From the sequence record OR836606.1: a stretch of DNA of 64,000 nucleotides; one strand, 5' to 3'. A program made the position numbers and the translations under genes. This document shows positions 19,462-30,107 of the stretch, piece after piece. Under the pieces are notes generated by a model. It did no database searches, was not told the DNA's origin, and was given only the letters and a program-made list of their open reading frames with translations. Each line of letters starts with the position of its first letter. Within the stretch, counting starts at the first letter, position 1.

Positions 19462-20064
19462 TTATTCTTCAATCATATCTTCTTCAGCTACTTCACTTCT
19501 AGGACCTTCGCCTGGTTGAGGAAGTTCTCCTCTTGCTTGTTTTTCATATATTTCCATTTGCTCTTTAGGGATATTAGGATTATATGATTCTTCTCTTTCT
19601 ATTTGTTCCATTTCTCTATCTGATGCTTCAATTGCTGCTTGAACTTCTTCCTCGCTTAATTCATATTTTTTATGAAACTCAGGATCAAGCATTTTAGGAG
19701 AAACTGGCTGGAATTTACCTTCTTTAGCTAATCTATCTAATTCTGGTGTCATTTCATCTGTTGTAATAATTCCATCTCCATTCGTATCAGCTTTACGGAT
19801 TTCTTCATTTATACTTTCTGTATCATCCGCATTAACTTGATCTTGTTGATTATCACTATTGTCTACTTCTTGAGCTTGATCTTGTTGTGCAACTTCTTTA
19901 TTGTTATTTTCTTTTTTATCTTCTTTTTTGCTTACTTCTGTTTTATCTTGTTTCTTACTATCGCTATCGTTTAATCCTTTAATACTACTATAACCAAATA
20001 ACCCTGCTGCAATAATAACTGCTACCAATGCGATTGACGTTAATACATCTAATAATTTTTTCAT
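19462..20064 (-). CDS. Membrane-anchored/exported protein with EF-hand-like loop
   Basis: MKKLLD + anchor; DTNGDGIITTDE fits the DxNxDGxIxxxE EF-hand pattern. Confidence 0.65.
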   Translation of the reverse strand: MKKLLDVLTSIALVAVIIAAGLFGYSSIKGLNDSDSKKQDKTEVSKKEDKKENNNKEVAQQDQAQEVDNSDNQQDQVNADDTESINEEIRKADTNGDGIITTDEMTPELDRLAKEGKFQPVSPKMLDPEFHKKYELSEEEVQAAIEASDREMEQIEREESYNPNIPKEQMEIYEKQARGELPQPGEGPRSEVAEEDMIEE

Positions 20065-20129
20065 AATACAAAACTCCTTTTAATTTTAATATAGAGTGGA
20101 TCATAGAAAATAATCCACTCTTTTTAATG

Positions 20130-20237
20130 CTACTTATTATCTTTGTTAAACCAAATTTCCTTCATAAATTTAAAACAACCTGTAAATTTCATTAAAGCAA
20201 GTAACGCTATAATTGTAATAAAGTTTTCTAATAACAT
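20130..20237 (-). CDS. 35-aa membrane peptide (not in ORF track)
   Basis: GGAGATGAAAAGGAT RBS region; MLLENFITIIALLALMKFTGCFKFMKEIWFNKDNK*. Confidence 0.5.
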   Translation of the reverse strand: MLLENFITIIALLALMKFTGCFKFMKEIWFNKDNK

Positions 20238-20270
20238 ATCCTTTTCATCTCCTTATAAATTAATTAATTT

Positions 20271-20462
20271 TTATAATTTTCTTTTCTTGATAAATTTCTT
20301 TCTATATTCTCCCACTGTGTAGTTAATTAGTAAAGAAATTCCTGATAACATTAATCCAAGTGCTAGAGATTTACCTTCTACATATCCTAATACGTCTCCA
20401 ATTATAAATCCCAGTATAAATACAGACCAAAACACAATCCATGGTTTAATTTTGATTTTCAT
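20271..20462 (-). CDS. Small two-TM membrane protein
   Basis: Hydrophobic 63 aa; similar layout to neighbour 20446..20691. Confidence 0.55.
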   Translation of the reverse strand: MKIKIKPWIVFWSVFILGFIIGDVLGYVEGKSLALGLMLSGISLLINYTVGEYRKKFIKKRKL

Positions 20463-20691
20463 AATTATTTACTTTCACTCCTTTTCTTTTTTCTCCTATA
20501 AAATGATTAACAGCTACTGTTAATAAAGTTGTCATAAATGCAATATTCAGAGCTAAAAAGAATTCCATAGTTAATAACCCTAATGTAACTCCGATTAACA
20601 TTCCTAATGCAAATGCCCATTCTGTTTTTAATCTAATTTTTCTCATTTTAATTCCTCCATTTATTATTGAATTATTAAATCTTCTTTCCAT
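20446..20691 (-). CDS. Small two-TM membrane protein (likely start MRKIRLK near 20646)
   Basis: GGAGG RBS before MRKIRLK; hydrophobic core. Confidence 0.55.
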   Translation of the reverse strand: MERRFNNSIINGGIKMRKIRLKTEWAFALGMLIGVTLGLLTMEFFLALNIAFMTTLLTVAVNHFIGEKRKGVKVNNYENQN

Positions 20692-20966
20692 AAATTATGT
20701 TTTTCTTTACCTTGAAAAGATTGATGTAATCTTCCAGCTTTTGCATAATCACTATTATCTTTATATTCTTTAACTTTGCACTTTTTGACATTTCTTAAAT
20801 ATCTTTCCATTCGAATGTCAAATTTTAATTTATCTATTTGTTTCATTAGATACAATTTTCTTTTAAATTCTTTCTTTGTAATTGACTTATCACTAAATTC
20901 AATTTCTTTATCTAATATTACTTGTAATTCTTTTTTCAGTTGTTTAATTTTTTCTTCTCTAACCAT
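20664..20966 (-). CDS. Hypothetical protein, paralog of 22215..22508
   Basis: Both share D(Y/F).KAGRLH near the C-terminus. Confidence 0.6.
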   Translation of the reverse strand: MVREEKIKQLKKELQVILDKEIEFSDKSITKKEFKRKLYLMKQIDKLKFDIRMERYLRNVKKCKVKEYKDNSDYAKAGRLHQSFQGKEKHNLWKEDLIIQ

Positions 20967-20967
20967 T

Positions 20968-21174
20968 TTAATTACTCCCCCATTTTCTTAATCCAAAAGC
21001 CGAATTGTCGAAACTTTCTATAATTGAATCTATTTCTCTGTAAGTCTGTTCAGATGGATATCTCGCTTTATCTGAATAATTGATTAATAATTCCTCTTCG
21101 TTAATTTCCTTTTCGTTTACAAATTCAATTCCACTTAAAAATTCTAACATGATAATTTCTCCTTTTGATTTCAA
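20968..21174 (-). CDS. Small hypothetical protein
   Basis: AAAGGAG RBS before MLEFLSG. Confidence 0.55.
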   Translation of the reverse strand: MKSKGEIIMLEFLSGIEFVNEKEINEEELLINYSDKARYPSEQTYREIDSIIESFDNSAFGLRKWGSN

Positions 21175-21271
21175 TTTTATTTTTTGTTTGGATCATAGAA
21201 AATTATAGACTTAATGAACTTGATCCATATCCATTAAGTCTCTTTAAAACAGTATCCTTTTCAACTCCTAA

Positions 21272-21418
21272 TTAATTATTAATGATACTATTTGCTTTAT
21301 CGAATACTTCTTTCTCTTCGATTTTTGCTAATGTGTACTCATCAATTTTATTGCTCACTAATCCTAATACAATACCTGCCGCAAATCCCAATACTGATTT
21401 CAATACTAAGTTTTTCAT
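21272..21418 (-). CDS. 48-aa membrane-anchored peptide (not in ORF track)
   Basis: AAAGGAG RBS, first ORF after promoter at 21481; MKNLVLKSVLGFAAGIVLGLVSNK... Confidence 0.6.
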   Translation of the reverse strand: MKNLVLKSVLGFAAGIVLGLVSNKIDEYTLAKIEEKEVFDKANSIINN

Positions 21419-21506
21419 AATAATTTTTCTCCTTTAATTTTTATTAGAAAGAATTAATGATAATCTCTTTCTTCATTATTATAATATATAATTGAAAATC
21501 ACGTTG

Positions 21507-22163
21507 TTACGCTTTTTCAAATTCAATTGATTTACTAGCAATTAACTGCTCTATAATGATGTCGATATCTTTACCGAAATATTCTTCTATTAATGCATTA
21601 TCCCATTTTTCGTAATTTTTATCTTCAAAGTATTCAACATCAATATCCATATAAAATAAACTAATAATTAATTCTCTAAGGTCTTTAATATTATTAATAT
21701 TTTCCATTTCTTTATTTTTTAAAGTTTGTTGTATAATATAAAAATAATATAAACCGCTTTGCTGTTCAGGACTCTTATTGTTAATTTGAATAATTTCATT
21801 ACATAATCTTATAATATGCTTATGAGTTAATTTCCATTCTTTTTTATTTAATAAAGATTTAACATTTTCTTCTACAATATTTCTAGGATTAAGTATTTCA
21901 TTTTCCATAATTCTCATTAAGAATTTTAAAGAATCATTAACTGAAATAACATCCAATCTGCTTAATTTACCATTATATTTTTCGATAGCTTTTTCTCTTT
22001 CTGATTTCATAAACATTTTAACAAATTCATTACCTTTAATAATATGCTTCTGATTTCCTACATATACAAAATCAATATAATCAATTCCTTTTTGATAAGA
22101 GTCTTTAATTCCTGTAAAGTCTAATTTTGATTCCTTAAGATTATTTTTATTTACTTTTAGCAT
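21507..22163 (-). CDS. Hypothetical protein
   Basis: AAAGGAG RBS. Confidence 0.65.
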   Translation of the reverse strand: MLKVNKNNLKESKLDFTGIKDSYQKGIDYIDFVYVGNQKHIIKGNEFVKMFMKSEREKAIEKYNGKLSRLDVISVNDSLKFLMRIMENEILNPRNIVEENVKSLLNKKEWKLTHKHIIRLCNEIIQINNKSPEQQSGLYYFYIIQQTLKNKEMENINNIKDLRELIISLFYMDIDVEYFEDKNYEKWDNALIEEYFGKDIDIIIEQLIASKSIEFEKA

Positions 22164-22214
22164 AATAATTCTCCTTTATTATTTTATTAAATTATTAAAT
22201 ATTCTGTATTTCTC

Positions 22215-22508
22215 TTATTTCTGATATTTTCTGTGAAGTCTACCTGCTTTAGAAAAATCATCTGTTCCTTTGTAAATATTATCTCGATCTTTAACCTTTG
22301 CTATATGTTTTTCTCTATCAAAAGTACTCTGATTTACTATTTCATTAATTTCTTTAATTAATCTTTCTTTTTTCTTGTGAAGTCTTTCTTTTACTGTACT
22401 TGATTTAGTTAACCCTATATCAGAATACACGATTTTTAATTCTTCTCTTAATTCCTCTAATTTAGTTTTTTTATTCATTGTGTTTAACTCCTTTTTTTGT
22501 TGGATCAT
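22215..22508 (-). CDS. Hypothetical protein, KAGRLH family (likely start MNKK near 22478)
   Basis: AAAGGAG RBS; KAGRLH motif. Confidence 0.6.
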   Translation of the reverse strand: MIQQKKELNTMNKKTKLEELREELKIVYSDIGLTKSSTVKERLHKKKERLIKEINEIVNQSTFDREKHIAKVKDRDNIYKGTDDFSKAGRLHRKYQK

Positions 22509-22520
22509 AGAAAATTTTCA

Positions 22521-22796
22521 TTAAAATTTAGTCGCCTTTAGATAAATATCATGAGAAGTTTTATTAAATTTAAATACTTCTCCTGAAACATTTACCATTT
22601 TAATTTCATCATTTTCTTCTCGATCAATTAATTTAATAATTAATTTCTTCATTTTAGGAAAATAGTCAGTTAAAGATAATGGAATACCTTCAATACTTTC
22701 TCCTACAGTATCAGATAAATTGTCAATACCTCGATCAATAAATCTTTTAATTTTCTTCTCCTCTTTTGATAGTTTTTCGTTTTCAAAATTAGTCAT
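22521..22796 (-). CDS. Hypothetical protein
   Basis: AAAGGAG RBS after promoter at 22855. Confidence 0.65.
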   Translation of the reverse strand: MTNFENEKLSKEEKKIKRFIDRGIDNLSDTVGESIEGIPLSLTDYFPKMKKLIIKLIDREENDEIKMVNVSGEVFKFNKTSHDIYLKATKF

Positions 22797-22889
22797 TTTA
22801 ATTTCTCCTTTATTTTATTAAAGATATAATTAATATTATCATATCTTCATTATTATAATATATAATTAAAATACCGTATGTTACGCTTT

Positions 22890-23237
22890 CTACATCTTTA
22901 ATATTTGTTCTATAATATTTAATTTTATATCAACATATGATTTTATTGACATAAATATTATAATTAACAATAATGAAAAATAAAATAACTTTCTATTTTC
23001 ATTTTTAATTTTATTTTTAATAATATTACCTTTAATATATTTTAATAAAAATAAAGATATGTGAAAAGCTGAAAACCCTAATCCTAAAGAAACAATCGTT
23101 ACATATGAGAATGCTATCAGAATGTTAAATACCATTAATATATTCCTCCTTTCATAATTATAATATATATCTAAAATAACATTAGTTACAAAAAAAAAAG
23201 AGAATAATATTAGGATAATGATCATTAATTTGATCAT
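22890..23237 (-). CDS. Membrane protein
   Basis: Three hydrophobic segments. Confidence 0.55.
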   Translation of the reverse strand: MIKLMIIILILFSFFFVTNVILDIYYNYERRNILMVFNILIAFSYVTIVSLGLGFSAFHISLFLLKYIKGNIIKNKIKNENRKLFYFSLLLIIIFMSIKSYVDIKLNIIEQILKM

Positions 23238-23248
23238 TATCCTAATAT

Positions 23249-23968
23249 TTATTTTTTTCTTTTAAATATTTCTACTATAACAGTATATATGTTAATATTA
23301 AATATTTTAAACATCATTACCGTTAAATTCCATAATAGTAAAAATATTTGTACAACTATAATTAAATACATACTATCAATTTTATTATTAAAACTATTAA
23401 ACTTAATTACATCCATATTTATAACTAAGAGTGACAAAAATAGAGGAAATAAAGTAAAAAATGTAGAAAAAGTTATTTTCATATATTTATCTTTACTATT
23501 TAAATAGTCAACTGCGAAAAATAGTGAAGTTAATATTAATAGAATTGATATGATTAACATAATAATCATATTAAATAATAATGAATCAGATATTAGCAAT
23601 GCAATTAAAAAGATATTCAATAAAATGAATATCTTTAATGAACTTTTCATTCTATCAAATATAAATAATGAAGCATCTAGAATAACATAAATTATTAGAC
23701 TCACTATAATTAAAGTGAGTATTTTAAACGGATGATATACCAAATTACCATATTCAGATAAACTATTAGTTGCCAATTTAAGTATAATTATAGTTATTAT
23801 ACTTAAATAACTTGTAAAAGCTACTGGTGCTACATCGTATATATCATCTTTATTATTTTTAATTTTCGTATAAGTATAAAAATAATAAAATAAGTAAATT
23901 GATATTAAAAAGTAAGGTATATTTAATATTAAACTTATGAAATTTAATTTAAAAATTTCTTCAATCAT
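23249..23968 (-). CDS. Multi-pass membrane protein
   Basis: About seven hydrophobic segments; AAAGGGG RBS. Confidence 0.6.
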   Translation of the reverse strand: MIEEIFKLNFISLILNIPYFLISIYLFYYFYTYTKIKNNKDDIYDVAPVAFTSYLSIITIIILKLATNSLSEYGNLVYHPFKILTLIIVSLIIYVILDASLFIFDRMKSSLKIFILLNIFLIALLISDSLLFNMIIMLIISILLILTSLFFAVDYLNSKDKYMKITFSTFFTLFPLFLSLLVINMDVIKFNSFNNKIDSMYLIIVVQIFLLLWNLTVMMFKIFNINIYTVIVEIFKRKK

Positions 23969-23983
23969 AAATATTAACCCCCT

Positions 23984-24613
23984 TTATTCTTCTGATTTAC
24001 TAAAATCATTAATAAAGTTATAATCTACCATCATATCTCTAAAATATTCATTAATAATTTTATTTTGTCTATCAATAATATTGATATTTGTAATACTAGG
24101 TTTTATTCCTAATAATTTTTGATTAGTTGTTTCAGATTTATAAATATCATTTAGTCTTTTGTTCATAGCTGTAATATCTAAAGATATTAAATCTGAATTT
24201 AACTTTTCAGAAGTGATATTAACTGGAATAATAAAATAAATATTAGTCTTTACAATTTTATTATTACCATCTTTTTTACCTGTATATATTATATTGATTT
24301 TATTGTCACTAATAAGATTAGAGAAAGTTATTTTTTCTAAAGCTTTAGCATTTGAATTTTTAAAATCTGCATCTAAATTGTCCATATAGTTATAAAATTC
24401 ATCTTGTCTAATAATATGACCTGAGTGGAAGTCATATCTCATTTTAAATCTCTTTATTCCCTTATTAAAATACTTAGGAACGTCATCAATATTCTTTATA
24501 TCATGCGTATAATCTATTTTAATTTTTTTATTGAATGTAAAATTCGATAATAGCATATATATGTTATTATCATTATTTTCAAATAATAAAAATTTATCTC
24601 TCATCTTAATCAA
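23984..24613 (-). CDS. Hypothetical protein
   Basis: AAGGAG RBS. Confidence 0.6.
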   Translation of the reverse strand: MIKMRDKFLLFENNDNNIYMLLSNFTFNKKIKIDYTHDIKNIDDVPKYFNKGIKRFKMRYDFHSGHIIRQDEFYNYMDNLDADFKNSNAKALEKITFSNLISDNKINIIYTGKKDGNNKIVKTNIYFIIPVNITSEKLNSDLISLDITAMNKRLNDIYKSETTNQKLLGIKPSITNINIIDRQNKIINEYFRDMMVDYNFINDFSKSEE

Positions 24614-24633
24614 TCTCCTTATATTAAATTTAT

Positions 24634-25134
24634 TTAAGATATTATGTTATTGAATCCGTTATAAAATTTTAATAATTTGAAAGACATGATTAAAATAGAA
24701 AGATTATTATAGAATTTAATATATAAATCTTTCACTTCTTCATTATAAAAATCATCTTTATTAATTTGATCAATAATTTGATCTAAAGATATTTCTAGAA
24801 TTAAAGATTCCTTAAAATCTTTCATAGTTGAATTATCTTTAACATCTTTAAGATTTTTTAATAGAAAATCAATATTATCTTTATCTTTTTTAATGTCTAT
24901 ATTTTTGCTAAAAGCATCTATCATTCCATCTTCAATAGATTTTAAATTCTTTAAAGATGAATTAATATTTATAGATAGCATCATTAATATTTTTTCTAGA
25001 TTATTTTTACTATCTGCATTTTCTAATAAAGATGTTAAAATATTCTTGTGACTAAATTCATCTAATCTACTTTCTGTGTGGAAATCTGTTAAATCTTTAA
25101 AAATGTCTTCTAAACTAAAAATTTCTTTTGTCAT
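24634..25134 (-). CDS. Hypothetical protein
   Basis: AGGAG RBS after promoter/hairpin at 25168. Confidence 0.6.
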   Translation of the reverse strand: MTKEIFSLEDIFKDLTDFHTESRLDEFSHKNILTSLLENADSKNNLEKILMMLSININSSLKNLKSIEDGMIDAFSKNIDIKKDKDNIDFLLKNLKDVKDNSTMKDFKESLILEISLDQIIDQINKDDFYNEEVKDLYIKFYNNLSILIMSFKLLKFYNGFNNIIS

Positions 25135-25167
25135 ATCCGATTCACTCTCCTAGTGTAAATAATATTA

Positions 25168-25210
25168 GAGGTAATGGATATTATATCCATTACCTCACTT
25201 TTATAATATA
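25168..25210 (-). promoter_or_regulatory. Early-type promoter motif (TATATTATAA) followed by leader hairpin
   Basis: Minus strand TATATTATAAAAGTGAGGTAATGGATA...TATCCATTACCTC; same unit recurs at 30960, 50275, 63954. Confidence 0.65.
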
Positions 25211-25217
25211 AATTTAT

Positions 25218-26270
25218 TTATTGATTAAACTTAATTGGTTCTGATAATTTTATTTTATCTTTTGAAACTCCAAAATCCTTTTCATCTTTAAATTCGTTAT
25301 AATATATATTGGCATCATTTAAAATTACTGGTAGCGAATTACCGAGCATTCTCTTACTACGATAATCAGTAATTTTAACATCTCTATCAGAATAAATATT
25401 TATATTCATATTAAGTATACCTAAACTATTTAAGTAGTTTAATACAAATTTATAACCTTTTCCATTATTAGCTATAAATATATCATTATCATTTATTTCT
25501 TTATTATACACATGATTAAATATCCCTAATATATCAAAGAAACCTTCAGCTATATGAATATTATATACCCTTCTATCTAATCTTAATTCGTTTTTAATTG
25601 AATAAAATCTAGTACTTTCATCAGCTAAGTTCTTAAATATTTTTTGTTTAAAATGTTTCTTCCCATTAGTCCCAAATGTATTATTATTCATTAGTCTGCA
25701 ATTAATAGTGTTCTTATCATTTAGCATATAACTAAAATAGTTATTGTTAAGATTATTTATTTGATATTGATTATCTATATCAAATTCATTATTTTTATAA
25801 AAGTCTTCTATATTTAAAATAATTTTATATAGTTCAATATCCTTCTCATCTATGTTAATACCCAATCTTTCATTAATATAATTAATCTTACTTATTTCTA
25901 AATCAGTATATTTATTTGGATAGTAATTTAATTCTTTTGTATTTCTATTAATAAAAGATTTACCATATTTTTTATTCATATTAGAAATATATTCATTATA
26001 TTGATTATTAATATAGCTATTTATTTCTATATTACCGCTATTTAACATAGATAGAACTTTATTGTTCATGACTCCAGAAGCATTACATCTTTGACAGAAG
26101 TATTTAAATGGAGTTTTATTTTGAATATATAAGTGTGTTGAACTTTTAGATTTTTTAGAATCTCCACAGAAAGGACATCGTATCATTGTTTCATCCTGTG
26201 AAGTTGTTAATCTACATGGGTTTACTTCTTTTTTTAAATGATGATATAAAGTTAAATCATATTTGGACAT
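25218..26270 (-). CDS. DNA primase-like protein (Zn finger + Toprim)
   Basis: CPFC...CQRC zinc finger, IAEGFFD and YSDRD Toprim motifs. Confidence 0.75.
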   Translation of the reverse strand: MSKYDLTLYHHLKKEVNPCRLTTSQDETMIRCPFCGDSKKSKSSTHLYIQNKTPFKYFCQRCNASGVMNNKVLSMLNSGNIEINSYINNQYNEYISNMNKKYGKSFINRNTKELNYYPNKYTDLEISKINYINERLGINIDEKDIELYKIILNIEDFYKNNEFDIDNQYQINNLNNNYFSYMLNDKNTINCRLMNNNTFGTNGKKHFKQKIFKNLADESTRFYSIKNELRLDRRVYNIHIAEGFFDILGIFNHVYNKEINDNDIFIANNGKGYKFVLNYLNSLGILNMNINIYSDRDVKITDYRSKRMLGNSLPVILNDANIYYNEFKDEKDFGVSKDKIKLSEPIKFNQ

Positions 26271-26288
26271 TTATTATCATCTTTTCTA

Positions 26289-26930
26289 TTATAAAATTTT
26301 TAAAATAAATTTGAAAAATTTATCAAAGATAGTTTCTTGGTTTTTACCAACTTCATGAATATTTTCTTTATCACGATATTCTTTACCAGTTTCTTTATCT
26401 TTTTGAATATTACTCATTTTTTCTTTTACCTGTTCTACTTTTTCTTCGGTAACATTAGATACTTTTTCTACTACAGGCGATTCTTTTACTTTTTTAACTG
26501 TTTCTTCAGTTTTTACACGTGTTTTACTTTTAGGTTTAACTTCTCCACGTAAAATCTTTTTATATTCATTAAATGTAGGATAACCTACTTCAGCAAAGTA
26601 ATAGTTATCGTCTGTAAGTGCTTTAAATGTAGGATGCTCACCACGTCTAATATGCGTGATTGAATGTGATTTACGATCAATTCCAAATTTAGCTTTAAGT
26701 TCTTTTAAAATATAAGTATTTCCATGCCCTTTATCAATTAATTCTGCAATGTAATGTACTTGTTCTTTAGTTAATTTTTTATAAGATCCTTCTCTTTTAA
26801 CTTCTTTACTCATTTTAACTTCATCCTTTTCTTCTTTTAATTTTGGTAAAACTATAATTTCTTCGTTATTTCTTTCTTCTAATTTTTTCTTCTCTAATTT
26901 CTTTTCTTGTCTTTTGTTCATAAACAGCAA
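26289..26930 (-). CDS. Hypothetical protein with putative HTH
   Basis: KLTKEQVHYIAEL...SITHIRRG resembles the small HTH seen beside phage endonucleases. Confidence 0.5.
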   Translation of the reverse strand: MLFMNKRQEKKLEKKKLEERNNEEIIVLPKLKEEKDEVKMSKEVKREGSYKKLTKEQVHYIAELIDKGHGNTYILKELKAKFGIDRKSHSITHIRRGEHPTFKALTDDNYYFAEVGYPTFNEYKKILRGEVKPKSKTRVKTEETVKKVKESPVVEKVSNVTEEKVEQVKEKMSNIQKDKETGKEYRDKENIHEVGKNQETIFDKFFKFILKIL

Positions 26931-27013
26931 TCTCCAATCGTATTTATTTAATTTTATTTCTTAAAAATATATGATAAGAATAACGATCTAATAAGACCGT
27001 TATTCCAAGAAAC

Positions 27014-28485
27014 CTATTTACTAGCTTTTATACTCACATTTTTTGATTTAGGATTATTTAATAAATAAACCGCAATCTGCGAGTCTTTATTAAGTGAATA
27101 TGTTCTATTAAACAAACCATCATTATATGATATTAATTGATTGACTGGATCTTGTACTTTTAACATATCATACTGCTCTTCTGAAAATAAAGCTATAATA
27201 TTTAAAGTATCACCATCATAATCGGCACCCATTCCAGCTAAGATATTGTTACTAATACCTACTACAGCAGAATCAATATCATTAGTGATATCTTTAATTT
27301 TTAATATTTGAACTGAAGATTCTGAGATTGAAGGGTTCTTTTCATTAGACTATATCATTATCTTTTACTAAGATATATACTATTTAGTCGTTGAACAACT
27401 TATATTAAGTTGATGCTGATTAATTTTAATAAATCTTTTCAGCAATTAAGTATTATTAATTCATTAATATATTACTATATTAAGCCGCAACCCATTTTAC
27501 GGTTCAAAATTACTCTCATACCGCCTTCAGTTTTATTAACTAATTCTTTCATGTACTTATATACTTTAGGATTAAAGTTATCCAAAGCTTTACCTAATAT
27601 TTCTTCCGCTTTAGGTAATGGAATATTTTCTGTTACATACATTAAATTAGCCAATAATGGTTTATATATTTCTAAGAAGATTGTATAATTCATTCTAATT
27701 TCATTTAATTTTAAGTCAGGTGCTGGAACAATTACTGAACGAGCTGAATATCCTACTCGACTACCCATAATTAATTTACGAATAGTTCCCATTTTACCTT
27801 TAATATTCTCATTAATAATGCGCTCATAGATATTCATATTATCATCTTGAATTTTATTAAGTAAATTTAATTTCTGCAATTCAACTGAATCATCTGTATA
27901 ATGCTCATCTAATTCTTTAAGACTATTACTATGAGCAATTAATAAATTAAATTCTTTATTGATCTCTGAATGTCTAAATGTCTTAGTTGCCTTATTAACT
28001 GTGGCTGGTCTTAATTTAGGACTAAATACGGTTACATAATTTTGAAATAATGTTCCATTTAAATACCACTGAACAACCCTATTGTAATCTTTAGTTGAAC
28101 GTTTATCACGTTTAACTTCTTCTTTAAGAATTTTTAAAAAGTTCTTTCTAAATTCAACTAAACCAATATATGAATTATGATCATCTTCCGGTTCAATTAC
28201 ATTGCCATTCTCATCGATAGGTTTTTCAGAACTAATAATTTCAGCAAATCTTTTTCTACCTATTAGTTTTTTAATTCTATCATATCCTAAAGGCGTAATA
28301 ATATAGTTATTGCCTAAATAAATTATAGCTTCATTTGTAATATTATCTATATCTGAATCAGGTCCAAAGATTTTCTCACTGAAGATACCGTCTTCAGTGA
28401 AATCACCTTTCTTATCAATTGATTCATGATTAGTCACTACTGGTAATTTTGATAAATCTTTATTCTTAAGTAAAAATCTAGCCAT
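27014..28485 (-). CDS. RNA polymerase beta-prime-like catalytic subunit, spliced: join(28485..27499, 27337..27014)
   Basis: SARSVI and VILNR|NPSI join in frame to GADYDGD (cf. RpoC NADFDGD) once intron 27338-27498 is removed. Confidence 0.88.
27338..27498 (-). ncRNA. Minimal group I intron (161 nt)
   Basis: P/Q/R/S motifs TTAATTGCTGAAA, AATCAGCATC, GTTCAACGACTAAATA, GATATAGTCT; P1 CCGU/GCGG with U-G; P10 AACCC/GGGUU; terminal G; removal restores frame. Confidence 0.88.
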
Positions 28486-30107
28486 TACTCATCATCCTCT
28501 TCTACAATTTCTTCAATATCTAATATTACTTCATTATCTTCAGATTCTTTTTCTAATTTATCTAAATTGTCTGTATCGATATTTTCTCTGATGTTAGGTT
28601 TATTTTCAAAATAGAATGAACCATTTTCACCAGGATCTTTAACCTCACAGAATGGTGTCAATGTACGTGTAATACCTGGGTTATTTGAAGATGTTGCTAT
28701 TAAATCAATTCTACCAAAATAAGTATTATTTATATTAATAGTTCTAATAGATGGTTTACTAGTATCAACGGCAGTTTGCGGTCCTGCTTTAGTCATTTTA
28801 AGTATTCTAGTAAATAAGTCAATTGTATTAACTGCATTGGAATATCTGATTCCTTCAGATGTTCCTATAGTTTTTAATAAGAAGTCACGAGGAACACCTG
28901 AAAATAATCCTTTAAGATTTTTAATCGTACGCTTCTTATCTGTAAAATTAATCATACGATAAGACGTGTCAGAGTTCTTTCTATTTAATGGATAAGTTAA
29001 GTATTCTAATACTCTTAAACGTTTGTTAGCTAAATCTGTATTATCTAATAAATTAAGATTGTCAAAGTTTTTAAACATGTATTTAACTACATGATAAGTT
29101 GATTCTTTATCTTCCGGTTCTAATCTAGAAATATTTTTAGTACGATTATCTAATATACGATCAAATGATAAAATCATAGAATTAGCTTTTTCAATTTTAG
29201 TATCAACATTAGTAGAACCGCTAAATACGGATCCTAAATTCTTAAGCCAGAATTCTTTGTCATATACTTTATCTAATCCCACTCTCATACCTTTAAATAA
29301 ATCTTTAATACATAAAACCATAGAAGTTTTATATCTATCTTCTTGATCTAACCATTTCTTATCAACTTGAATAGTTATTTTATTATTAATTCTAAAATAA
29401 TAGTGGTTATCATCTTTTTCATCATTGGTATCTATTAACTTACAATATTTTTTAATGTCTAAGAATTCAAATGTTTCATTCAGACCCATTTTAGCAATAA
29501 AGAATAAAAAGGCTGGAACAGGTTTATTTTTATTAAACACTTCTAAGTATAATGTTCTACCTCTTAACTTCTTAGGCATTTTTTTATCATCATCAATGAG
29601 TTCATCCTTTTTAGAACCATTTACTGATAATGGTTGTAATAAGTTTTTCATTACTACTGTACTCGCTTTAGGTTTATAGAATTCAGTATCAGCTAATTGT
29701 AATATAGGGAAAAATTTATTATCGTTAATATAATAGTACTGACCTTCTATAAGTTCAGGAAAATCTAATTTATGCGTATATAATTCTTTTTCTCCTTCAG
29801 CCGACTCGAACTCTACAGTAATTTGAACTTCTAATAGTTTTGATTCTTCTACATTGATTTTTCTAAAATCTCTTGCTTTAAACTGTTTTTCTGTCATTTG
29901 ATTATACTCATATACTTCACTTGGAGGAACAACTTTACAATCAATAAATTTTACACCTTTAATAAATTCTACTGATTTGTAAATATCAGATATGATATCT
30001 TCTAGATTTTCATTTTGTCTAAAGTATATTGCATCTTCATTAAACGGTTCTTTTTTACTTACTTCGTCTTGTATATTCTTCGTAATTTTTCTTAAATAAC
30101 TGCCCAA
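28485..30107 (-). CDS. RNA polymerase beta-like subunit, N-terminal part
   Basis: NTYFGRIDLIATSSNNPGITRTL parallels RpoB [23 protein letters not shown]. Confidence 0.8.
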   Translation of the reverse strand: MGSYLRKITKNIQDEVSKKEPFNEDAIYFRQNENLEDIISDIYKSVEFIKGVKFIDCKVVPPSEVYEYNQMTEKQFKARDFRKINVEESKLLEVQITVEFESAEGEKELYTHKLDFPELIEGQYYYINDNKFFPILQLADTEFYKPKASTVVMKNLLQPLSVNGSKKDELIDDDKKMPKKLRGRTLYLEVFNKNKPVPAFLFFIAKMGLNETFEFLDIKKYCKLIDTNDEKDDNHYYFRINNKITIQVDKKWLDQEDRYKTSMVLCIKDLFKGMRVGLDKVYDKEFWLKNLGSVFSGSTNVDTKIEKANSMILSFDRILDNRTKNISRLEPEDKESTYHVVKYMFKNFDNLNLLDNTDLANKRLRVLEYLTYPLNRKNSDTSYRMINFTDKKRTIKNLKGLFSGVPRDFLLKTIGTSEGIRYSNAVNTIDLFTRILKMTKAGPQTAVDTSKPSIRTININNTYFGRIDLIATSSNNPGITRTLTPFCEVKDPGENGSFYFENKPNIRENIDTDNLDKLEKESEDNEVILDIEEIVEEDDE

